Counted from the first letter of the stretch, positions 19,126 to 27,129 are shown. The stretch: DNA of 64,000 nt from an uncultured Thermoleophilaceae bacterium (GCA_963751835.1 CAVVWD010000001.1:8636-72635); one strand, 5' to 3'. Program-made: numbers and translations. Notes: generated from the letters alone by a model not told the origin.

Positions 19126-19326
19126 GCCTATGCCTCGCTTCAGATCCGAGCCGGCGTTTCTATACCCGAGCTCGCCGAGCGACTCGGCCACTCGCCGCAG
19201 ATGACGGTCTCCACCTACACGCACGTGATCCGCGAACTGGAAGGCGAGCCGCGGGTATCAGCCGCGGCGCAGATCGAGCGGGCTCGCGATGCTCGTGGAC
19301 GCGAGGTGGACGTAGCACAAGACTGA
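19078..19326 (+). pseudogene. tyrosine recombinase (phage integrase family) C-terminal remnant
   Basis: Open frame without a start codon ending TGA 19324-19326. AYASLQIRAGVSIPELAERLGHSPQMTVSTYTHVIRELEG carries the box II LGH...Y.H motif with the catalytic Tyr. It ends 38 nt from the tRNA-Phe fragment. Confidence 0.7.
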
Positions 19327-19363
19327 GGATTGATCGCGGGCTGAAATGCCGCGATTTGCAGGA

Positions 19364-19408
19364 ATGGCGAGGGCCAGAATCGAACTGGCGACACCACGAT
19401 TTTCAGTC
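19364..19408 (-). repeat. 45-nt copy of tRNA-Phe 3' half (att-like repeat)
   Basis: ATGGCGAGGGCCAGAATCGAACTGGCGACACCACGATTTTCAGTC is 43/45 identical to 22099-22143 (anticodon loop to discriminator), in the same orientation. Confidence 0.8.
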
Positions 19409-19614
19409 TCGCCCAGCGGTTGCGGCTGTTTGCGGCTGTCCGTCGTGGAGCGGGGTTGCGCGGGAACGCGGGCCCCCCCTGCGCGGCCCTTCGCGGGGCT
19501 CGTGTTGCCCACCCGTTGCCCAGACGGCTTCTATGCAACCGCCGCAGGCGGAAGCGATGGTGGCTTGGCGTGTCAGGCGCTGGCGGCGTCGCCGCCTGTC
19601 CGACGGTTCTGATC

Positions 19615-20238
19615 TCAGGGTGGGGTTGTGCGCCGGTTTGGCTTGGGTGGGGCGCCGAAGGTGCGCAGGATGTGCTCGAGCGTGGAGGCGAGCAGTTCGT
19701 GGGTCTGCTCGCGGGTGGCCTCGCCGTGTAGCCAGCGGCGGGTGGCGGCGCGGTTGAGTCCGGTCCAGCACTCGAGCGCGTAGCGCAGCCGCGGCGAGTC
19801 CTCGGCGATGTCGGCGTGGCGAGCGGCGACCAGCGCGACGGCGCGGCGCACGAGCTCGGCGACGACGTGCCTGATGTCGGGGTCGGCGATGTCCTCGCCG
19901 CGCGCGAGCGTGGCGAGCCAGATCGTGCGGTTCTGCTCGGTCCAGTCGAGCCAGCGCGACACGTTGTCGGCCAGGCGGCGCGCGGGCGCTGCGGCCCACG
20001 GGCGGCGGGAGTTGTTCCTCGCGCACGGCGCCGAGCCGCTCGAGCAGCGCGATGTAGACCTCCTTGCGGCCGCCGAAGTAGTGGTGCACGAGCCCGCGCG
20101 TGACGCCGGCGGAGCTGCGATGTCCTCGATCGAGACCTCGTCGTAGCCGCGCTCGGCGAACAGCGCGTTGGCCGCGTCGAGGATCTGTTCGCGCCGCTGC
20201 CCGGGATCGAGGCGGCTGTACTTCGGCGTCGTGTTCAT
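19615..20238 (-). pseudogene. TetR/AcrR family regulator with two compensating frame shifts (about 20115 and about 19985)
   Basis: N-terminus (RREQILDAANALFAERGYDEVSIEDIA) and C-terminus are in ORF 19615..20238. The HTH recognition helix and following segment (SSAGVTRGLVHHYFGGRKEVYIALLERL) are in ORF 19403..20272. Confidence 0.7.
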
Positions 20239-20475
20239 AAGGCGAGTCTAAATGTTGTTGGCGATCCGTCAAGAAGCTGTTAGCATATCGTCAACAAGGA
20301 CGCCGTGGACCTGCTGTGCATGTTGGCGCGGCTCGTTCGGCCAGTCGCAGTGGAGCGGTGCAAGCGCTCCAGCTGACCGGCCGCTGACGAATCCGGACGG
20401 GACGACCGACCCATTGGGTGGGTCGTGCCGCCTGGCGTTCGCCAGGGATCAACCAATCCCGAAATGGAGCTGTAC

Positions 20476-21309
20476 ATGAAATTCATCAAGACGGTTGGCG
20501 TCTGCGCGGTGGTCGCGCTCACCGTCGGTGCCACCAGCGCGACGGCCGCATCGCTGATCACCTCGGCGAACATCAAGGAAGGCACGATCAAGATGCGCGA
20601 CCTATCGCCGTCGCTTCAGAAGAAGATCAAGAAGGCCAACGCGGCCACGGCCGGAGTCAACGGCACGAACGGTGCCAAGGGCGATGCGGGTGCCAACGGC
20701 ACCAACGGAGCCAATGGCCTCGACGGTGCGGCCGGTGCCAACGGAGTCGCCGGCGCCACGGGTGACAACGGCTCGGATGGCGCTGACGGCCAGGACGGCC
20801 GCGACGGCGTCCGCTACGACCGCATCAGCGGCTCGTGCGACAGCGATCCCTACGCCGCGACCGGCGAGGTCTCGGTTGCCGACGGCGTGGCGCGCCTCGG
20901 TGTGCCGACCCAGCTGGCCTGGGCCCAGATCAAGAGCTACCCGAAGAACCTCAAGGTCTCGCAGATCGAGAACCTGTCGTTCACGGCCGACGCGACCGAC
21001 GTGGGGCAGACCTACATGAAGGTCACGACAACGAACCACGGCTCGATCCTGTTCGACCCCAGCTCGCAGGACGGCGGCGAGGAGACCGGCCGGATGGTCA
21101 CCTACCGCGTCAACGGCGAGGGCTCGACCGTGCGCTGGAACGACGACGTGGGCAACTCGAGCCAGATGAGCTGGCAGCGGGCGCTCACGATGGCGGGCGA
21201 CAAGCACGTCAAGACGATCGCGGTCACCGCAGGCTGCGCCCTGGGCGACGCCGGTGAGACCCTCGTCGACGACATCACGGTCAACGATGAGGTCATCGAC
21301 TTCGAGTAG
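20476..21309 (+). CDS. secreted collagen-like (Gly-X-Y repeat) protein with globular C-terminal domain
   Basis: ATG 20476 is preceded by GGAG at a 6-nt spacing. Signal peptide MKFIKTVGVCAVVALTVGATSATA. 17 uninterrupted GXY triplets, then about 165 aa of non-repetitive sequence. A hairpin terminator lies downstream. Confidence 0.8.
   Translation: MKFIKTVGVCAVVALTVGATSATAASLITSANIKEGTIKMRDLSPSLQKKIKKANAATAGVNGTNGAKGDAGANGTNGANGLDGAAGANGVAGATGDNGSDGADGQDGRDGVRYDRISGSCDSDPYAATGEVSVADGVARLGVPTQLAWAQIKSYPKNLKVSQIENLSFTADATDVGQTYMKVTTTNHGSILFDPSSQDGGEETGRMVTYRVNGEGSTVRWNDDVGNSSQMSWQRALTMAGDKHVKTIAVTAGCALGDAGETLVDDITVNDEVIDFE
20653..20808 (+). repeat. coding Gly-X-Y triplet repeat (17 units)
   Basis: GVN GTN GAK GDA GAN GTN GAN GLD GAA GAN GVA GAT GDN GSD GAD GQD GRD G. 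Confidence 0.9.
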
Positions 21310-21361
21310 ACCCTCCGATAGTGCGGCGATAAGCGCCGCCTGACGCCAGCTGAGACACAAG

Positions 21362-21389
21362 ACGCACCCCACTTGTTGGGGTGCGTTTT
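21362..21389 (+). terminator. rho-independent terminator of the collagen-like gene
   Basis: ACGCACCCCA (21362-21371) pairs with TGGGGTGCGT (21377-21386): 10-bp perfect stem, 5-nt loop, followed by TTT. Confidence 0.8.
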
Positions 21390-21808
21390 GCGTTCGCAGA
21401 TCGCCGCAACCACCGCGTCTAGCCCGTACGCAGCGGCCGTGGCGTCGTATCCAAGCAACCGGGTGCCCGTCGAGCTCTGCCAACCCGGCCCCCGGAACTT
21501 CGACGAAGCCTGCAGCGCCGGTTCGGCGCGGAGTTCCTGCGGGCGTGTCGCGGCTTACCGGAGCTGAGCAGCGCGATCGACGGCCTGCGCCGGCCCACGA
21601 CGCTCGAGGATCTCATCGACGTGGAGCGGCGGCGGCGCAAGCGCGCCGCAGCGTAGCCGGCTCCCGCCATCTCCCGCCCCCGAGCCGGAAGGTGTTGACC
21701 GCGCTCGCGTGCATGAGAGCAACCCCCCACCGCCCCACCGTCGCGGAACGACGGCTGATCGACAGGCTCCGGTCGCACTCGACGAAAAGGCACTAGCAGC
21801 TCGTCCAA

Positions 21809-21851
21809 CGCACCAGGGCATAGCGTGCGGCGCACCAGGGCATAGCTGCGG
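21809..21851. repeat. tandem direct repeat, two copies of 21-22 nt
   Basis: CGCACCAGGGCATAGCGTGCGG followed by CGCACCAGGGCATAGC-TGCGG, then a degenerate third start CGCCAGGCG. Confidence 0.8.
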
Positions 21852-22066
21852 CGCCAGGCGCGGGCGAACGGCTGGCCGCGGCGCGCTCGGCGGCGAGCAG
21901 CTCGCCAGGTGCTCGGCCGGTCGGCTCCACGCCGGGAGGCGGGCCCGAGAGCCGCACGGGGCGGCGGGGGCCGATTGCGGCTGGACGTTGCCCGGCGTTG
22001 GCGGGGCGCTGCCATACCGTTGCCCGCCCGGCCACGCGGCGCCCGGGCGCCCCTCCCCGAAAGCAC

Positions 22067-22093
22067 GGAACCCCGCTCGTGGAGCGAGGTTCC
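22067..22093 (-). terminator. hairpin immediately downstream of tRNA-Phe
   Basis: GGAACCCCGCTC / GAGCGAGGTTCC: 12-bp stem with one mismatch, 3-nt loop, 6 nt after the tRNA 3' end, followed by a short TTTC on the minus strand. Confidence 0.5.
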
Positions 22094-22099
22094 GGCAGA

Positions 22100-22172
22100 T
22101 GGCGAGGCCCAGAATCGAACTGGGGACACCACGATTTTCAGTCGTGTGCTCTACCGACTGAGCTACCTCGCC
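22100..22172 (-). tRNA. tRNA-Phe (anticodon GAA)
   Basis: 73-nt cloverleaf folded by hand: acceptor GGCGAGG/CCTCGCC, D arm GCTC-AGTCGGTA-GAGC, anticodon arm CACGA-CTGAAAA-TCGTG, T arm CCCAG-TTCGATT-CTGGG, discriminator A. CCA is not encoded. Confidence 0.95.
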
Positions 22173-22247
22173 GATGATGCAGCCCGACGATGGTAGCGGC
22201 CGATCCCCGGCTGTCGCGACGCACGCTTCGTGTTTGAAGCGGGCGGC

Positions 22248-22559
22248 TCAGTCGTCCAGCTTGTCTCGCTCCGGAGGTTTTGAGGGCTCCGCCTCAGGGT
22301 CCTGGGAGGGGTGCGGTTCGCTGGTGCTTGGACCGCCCGGACCAGGCGCTCCGCGGGGATCCTCCCGGCGCTCGTACGGATCCGGCCATTCAGTCTCGTC
22401 CGGATCGTCGATCGGGTTGTTCAGCACGTGGTGGGCCTCGTCGTCATGCGAGCGATCGCCTGGATCGTCGCCGGGCGGCTCGGGGAAGCCGGTGGGCCGC
22501 TCCTCGTCGTGTTCGTTCGGCGTCATGAGAGGCGCATGCCCGGGTCCGCTGAATGCCAT
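22248..22559 (-). CDS. small acidic Pro/Asp/Glu-rich (likely disordered) protein
   Basis: 103-aa ORF (alternative ATG at 22526). Consistent GC3-rich codon use. No recognisable domain. Confidence 0.5.
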   Translation of the reverse strand: MAFSGPGHAPLMTPNEHDEERPTGFPEPPGDDPGDRSHDDEAHHVLNNPIDDPDETEWPDPYERREDPRGAPGPGGPSTSEPHPSQDPEAEPSKPPERDKLDD

Positions 22560-22616
22560 TCACGTCCGGCCCGCAGCGGGAACCGCCCCTGACCGGGGGA
22601 GCGGAGGGCCATCGCC

Positions 22617-22653
22617 GGGGGAGCGCCGGGCCGGGGGTACCCGGCGCTCCCCC
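22617..22653 (-). terminator. strong GC hairpin after the corrected stop of the MFS gene
   Basis: GGGGGAGCGCCGGG (22617-22630) pairs with CCCGGCGCTCCCCC (22640-22653): 14-bp perfect stem, 9-nt loop, 8 nt below TGA 22661-22663. Confidence 0.7.
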
Positions 22654-22660
22654 TTGGAGG

Positions 22661-24128
22661 TCAGGCGGGTGCGCCCGCCGGGGCGGCTTCGCCGCGCTGG
22701 GCGGCCTCCGCGTGCTCGCGGCTGTCCCGCGAGGAGATCAGCGTGGCCGCCAGGAGCGCGCCCAGCAGCGCCAGGCCGGCGCCGACCATGAAAGCGTCCT
22801 GGAAGCCCTCGTGTCAGCGCGACCGCCGGGTTGCGCTCGCCCGAGGCGAACACGTCGTCGGTGCGGCTGGTCGCGACCGCGGCGAGCACCGCGAGGCCGA
22901 GCGCTCCGCCGACCTGCTGCGAGGTGTTGATGAGCCCGGACGCGAGTCCGGCCTCGTTGGGCCTGATGCCCGTGACCGCTGCGATCGTCGTGGGGACGAA
23001 CGCGAGCCCGAGGCCGACTGCGGCGAGCAGCGACGGGAACAGGATGTCCCCGAGGTAGGTCCCGCCGGGGGCGCTCACCTGAGCGAACCAGACGAGCCCG
23101 GCCGCGATCAGCAGCATGCCGGCGATCAAGGTCGGCTTGAAGCCGATGCGCGTGACGAGCGCGGACGCCGCCCCGGCGGACACGATGATCGTGAGCGCTA
23201 GCGGCAGGTATGCGAGGCCCGCCGTGAGCGGCTCGTAGTCGAGCACCTGCTGCATGTACAGCGAGATGAAGAAGAACATCGAGAACAACGACATGCCGAG
23301 CAGCAGGCCGACGACATTCGCGCCTCGCAGCGTCCGCAGCCTGAAGATCGAGAACGGCACGAGCGGATGCTTCGTACGCAGCTCGATGGCAACGAACGCC
23401 GCCAGCAGTACCAGCGACACGGCGCCGAGCAGGAGCGTCTGCGTCGAGCCCCAGCCGGCGTCATTGGCGTCGACCAGCGTGTAGACGAGCAGCGCTAGGC
23501 CCGCCGTGACCGACACGGCGCCCGCGATGTCGAACGACGACCGCGAGCGGTCGCGGCTCTCGCCCAGCAGGCGCGGAGCGATGAGGGCCGCGGCGATCCC
23601 GATCGGCACGTTCACGAACAGCACCCACTCCCAGCCGAGGGTGTCGGTGAGGATGCCGCCGAGCAGCACCCCGGCGGCGCCGCCGGAGCCGGCGACCGCG
23701 CCCCAGACGCCGAGCGCCTTGTTGCGCTCCGCGCCCTCGGCGAAGGTCGTGGTGACGATCGCGAGCGCGGCCGGCGAGATCAGCGCGGCGCCGAGGCCCT
23801 GCACGGAGCGCGCGACGATCAGCATGATGTCGCTCTGCGCGAGGCCGCCGGCGAGAGAGGCGATCGCGAACAGCCACATGCCGTAGATGAACATGCGCCG
23901 CCGGCCGAGCAGGTCGGCGAGGCGGCCGCCGAGCAGCAGGAAGCCGCCGAAGAAGAGGGTGTACGAGTTGACGACCCAGGAGAGGTCGTTCTGGGCGAAG
24001 TCGAGGTCGCGGCCGATCGAGGGCAGCGCCACGTTGACGATCGCGGCGTCGAGCACGACGACGAATTGGGCCGCGGCCAGCAGGGCTAGTGCGAGATTCT
24101 TGGCGCGGGGTGTGTCTGCGGGGCTCAA
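22661..24128 (-). pseudogene. DHA2 (EmrB/QacA-type, 14-TMS) MFS efflux transporter, frame-disrupted near 22811
   Basis: TTG 24128 is preceded by GGAG. ORF 22560..24218 is transporter-like up to ...ERNPAVALT. The last TMS (EGFQDAFMVGAGLALLGALLAATLISS...) continues in another frame to TGA 22661. Span is 1468 nt (3n+1). Confidence 0.8.
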
Positions 24129-24154
24129 GGCTTCTCCTCTACGGGGGCGAATGT

Positions 24155-24207
24155 AAACGGAAGAGGAACTCCGGTTCCGTGTAGAATACGGAATGATGGT
24201 TCCGTTT
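24155..24207. promoter_or_regulatory. paired operator-like palindromes in the MFS/TetR divergent spacer
   Basis: Half-site ACGGAA / GTTCCGT occurs four times. O1 is ACGGAA-N10-GTTCCGT (24158-24180, containing GGAAC-TCCG-GTTCC). O2 is ACGGAA-TGATG-GTTCCGT (24188-24205). Outer arms are AAACGGAA / TTCCGTTT. Confidence 0.5.
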
Positions 24208-24234
24208 GTCAACCCCAAGAGTTAGGATCTCGTT

Positions 24235-24852
24235 ATGGCCACGAGGGAGACCGCCGGCCCGATGGGCGCTGCGCGCATGCGCTCGGACGCGCGCCGCAAC
24301 CGCGAAAGCATCCTGGCGGCCGCGCGTGAGGTGTTCAGCAAGTACGGCATGGAAGCCCAGATGGACGAGATCGCGCGGCGGGCGGGCGTCGGCGTGGGCA
24401 CCCTGTACCGCCACTTCCCGACCAAGGACGAGCTGGTCGGCGAGCTCATCGAGATCAAGCTCAGTGACTTCGCGACTCGGGCCCGGGCCAAGTTCGAGGA
24501 GGACGAGCGGCCCTGGGAGTCGTTCGCCGACCTCCTGCGCGAGCAGAACGAGATCGCCAGCAGAGACGCCTCTCAACAGCGCATGATCTTCGCGATGACG
24601 CCCGAGGCGCTCGAGAAGGCAGCCCCGACGATCGCCGAGCTGACGGCTGTGACGCAGGCGTTCATCGACCGCGCCAAGCAAGCCGGAGCGGTTCGCGAGG
24701 ACCTCGTCGTCGACGACATCCGCACGCTCATGTGCGGACTTGGGAGCGTCATGGCCGCGGACGCACTCGGAGTCATGAGCTACGACTGGCGGCGCATGCT
24801 CGAGTTCACGCTCGAGGGCATGCGAGCCTGCCCTCCGCCCGAAAACCGCTAG
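24235..24852 (+). CDS. TetR/AcrR family transcriptional regulator
   Basis: 205 aa. HTH MDEIARRAGVGVGTLYRHFPTKDEL. Divergent from the DHA2 pump. Confidence 0.9.
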   Translation: MATRETAGPMGAARMRSDARRNRESILAAAREVFSKYGMEAQMDEIARRAGVGVGTLYRHFPTKDELVGELIEIKLSDFATRARAKFEEDERPWESFADLLREQNEIASRDASQQRMIFAMTPEALEKAAPTIAELTAVTQAFIDRAKQAGAVREDLVVDDIRTLMCGLGSVMAADALGVMSYDWRRMLEFTLEGMRACPPPENR

Positions 24853-24868
24853 CTACAGTCCGCGCCCG

Positions 24869-26399
24869 ATGCGGCGCCTCCTTGCCAAGCTCGCCCTGCT
24901 TGCCTGCGTTGCGCCGGCGGCCCTGGCCGGATGCGGCGGCGGGGACGACGAGAGCGCGGGCGCGCTGGACGCCGGCCTGGCGCACCTTCCGAAGGAGGCG
25001 CCGCTCGCGGTGGCGATAGACACCGACCTCGAGGGCGACCAGTACAAGGCCCTCGACTCGATCCTCGGCAAGTTCCCGCTCGAGGCGAGCTCGGTCAGGG
25101 AGCTCCTGCGCGATCAGATCGGCGGGGGCGGGTCGAACGTCGATTTCGAGACCGACATCGAGCCGATCCTCGGCAACCCGCTCGTCATCGGCGCGACCGA
25201 TGTCGCGTCGCTCAGCGGGAGCTCCGAGGCCGAGGACTTCGTGATCACGCTGCAGGCGAAGGACAAGGGGGCGCTCGACGACCTGATCGAGAAGACCGGC
25301 CCCGAGGAAACCGGGGAGGTGGCCGGCGCGACCAAGTACAAGGACTCGGGCACGAACTTCGCGGTCGAGGATGACCTCGTCGTGATCGCGCCCTCCGAGG
25401 AGGAGCTCGACCAGGCGCTCGAGCGCGCGGACGGGGACGACCACCTCGACACGGACACCTTTGAGGCGGGACTCGACGGGCTGCCGGGCAGCGCGCTGGC
25501 CCGCGTCTACGCCGATCTCGAAGCCCTGCTCGCCTCCCAGCCCGGTGGGCGAGCGGGCGCGCCGGCTCGAGTGGCTCGGCGCCCTGCGCACGCTCGGGCT
25601 GACCGCGACCGCTCGCGACGACAGGGTCGAGGTCGAGTTCAACCTGCGCACGGACCCCGAGGGCCTGACCGACGGGGACCTCCCTATCGCGACCGGGGAC
25701 GAGTCGCCGCCGGTGATCACTCGAGACGGCGAAATCGGCTTCGGGATCCGCGACCCCGCCCAGATTGTCAGGTTCGCCGAGGCGGCCGGCCAGGCGATCG
25801 ACCCGAGCGGCTTCGCCGACTACGCGCGGGCAAAGGAGACGCTCGACGCGCGGCTCGACATCAGCATCGACGACGACCTGATCGGCCAGCTCACCGGGGA
25901 TCTCTCCGCGAGCCTCGCGCTCGACGGCGGCTTTGGTGTCCGCGCCGAGCTCAAGGATCCGGCGGCGTTCAAGGGGACGCTCGCCAAGATCGCCGCGGTG
26001 CTGCCGAGCTTTGCCGAAGGGGCGGGCTTCGGCGCCGTCACGATCGAGAAGCCCGACGCCGGCGAAGGCCTCTACGCGCTGCGCCAGGCCGACGGCGACG
26101 GGGTCGTCTTCGGCGTCCTGGACGGCGTGCTGGTGGTGGCCGACAGCCTTGAGCGGGCACGCGAGCTCGCCTCCGAGCAGCCCGAGCCGGTCGACGGCGC
26201 CGACGGCGCGGTCGCGCTGAGCTCGGACGCCGAGGAGCTCGCCAACGCCGTGATCGCCGAGTTCGGCGAGCGGTTCGGCGTGAGCGGGTTCGAGGCTTTC
26301 GGCGCGCAGCTGTTCACCGGGCCGCTCGAGGACCTCACCGGCTCGATGTCCGCGAGCACGGACGGCCTGCGCGGCCGGATCACGCTCAGGATCGAGTAG
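24869..26399 (+). pseudogene. lipoprotein (DUF3352-like), frame-disrupted near 25544
   Basis: Lipobox LALLACVAPAALAGC. The N-terminal half is in ORF 24869..26152 up to ...LEALLASQP. It continues (VGERARRLEWLGALRTLGLTA...) in ORF 25461..26399. Span is 1531 nt (3n+1). The family assignment is tentative. Confidence 0.65.
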
Positions 26400-27129
26400 C
26401 CGCCGCGGGGATCCCGGCCCATACCTGCAGGAGCGGCAGCGGGTCGATCGGCGCGCCGCCCGCGTACCAGCCGCCCACCCACACCTCGAAGTGGAGGTGG
26501 GGGCCGGACGAGCTGCCGGTGTTGCCGACCTGCGCGATCGGCTGTCCCGCGCTCACCGGCTGTGTTGCTGCCACCAGGATCGAGCCCGCGCGGAGGTGCA
26601 TGAACACGTAGTCGCGGTCCTCGACGTCGCCATCGAGCACGACGTACCAGCCGGCCCCGCTGGCCTGGAAGCGCACGAACTCAACCGTGCCGGCGTAGGG
26701 CGCGACCACCGGCGTGCCCTCCGCGGCCGAGATGTCCTGCCCCTGATGAAGATGGCCGCGGCGCGGCGCCCCGAAGCGGGCGTCCTCGCCGCCGAGGTCG
26801 TACGGACCCGCAACGGGGAAGTGGTGACCGGCCTCCGCCCCCGGCGCAACCGGCACGACCGGGGCGGGCGCGGGCGCGGGCTTCCTGCGGGCGCGCCGGC
26901 GGGCGGCCCTTCGCCTGGCCCGCCTCCGCCTTTCCGCCGCCGTCCTCGTACCGCCGCTCGGATGCTGCCCGGCCACCGTGCCGCCGCTCGGGCTCGCGAC
27001 GCTGCGGGCCTCAGGTGCGGTGGCGCCGCCGTGTCCGCCCGCGGAGGCGGGCGCCGCAGTGACGGCCAGGCACAGCGCGGCCACGCAGAGAAGGGGGGTG
27101 AGGCGAAGGCGCACCGAACCCATCGCCAC
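26386..27129 (-). CDS. M23 family metallopeptidase (LytM-like), secreted
   Basis: Signal peptide. Arg/Pro-rich linker. Catalytic motifs HLHQGQDI and GNTGSSSGPHLHFEV. Confidence 0.85.
   Translation of the reverse strand: MAMGSVRLRLTPLLCVAALCLAVTAAPASAGGHGGATAPEARSVASPSGGTVAGQHPSGGTRTAAERRRRARRRAARRRARRKPAPAPAPVVPVAPGAEAGHHFPVAGPYDLGGEDARFGAPRRGHLHQGQDISAAEGTPVVAPYAGTVEFVRFQASGAGWYVVLDGDVEDRDYVFMHLRAGSILVAATQPVSAGQPIAQVGNTGSSSGPHLHFEVWVGGWYAGGAPIDPLPLLQVWAGIPAAATRS

Larger units (their letters stand above)
16007..19363. mobile_element. decayed tRNA-Phe-associated integrative islet (older, distal)
   Basis: Bounded by the two tRNA-Phe 3'-half copies. A tyrosine-recombinase remnant abuts the proximal copy. 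The cargo includes a multiply disrupted gene. Confidence 0.5.
19409..22099. mobile_element. decayed tRNA-Phe-associated integrative islet (younger, tRNA-proximal)
   Basis: Lies between the intact tRNA-Phe and the 45-nt copy of its 3' half. Carries a TetR gene and a collagen-like secreted protein. The 0.7 kb next to the tRNA has no coding signal. Confidence 0.5.

Noticed and set aside
20653-20808. Periodic 9-nt repeats (and the CCG-rich linker at 7400-7530) as possible CRISPR or other non-coding arrays
   Set aside because: The periodicity is codon-level (Gly-X-Y triplets and Pro-rich linkers) within well-supported ORFs. There is no repeat-spacer architecture anywhere in the window.
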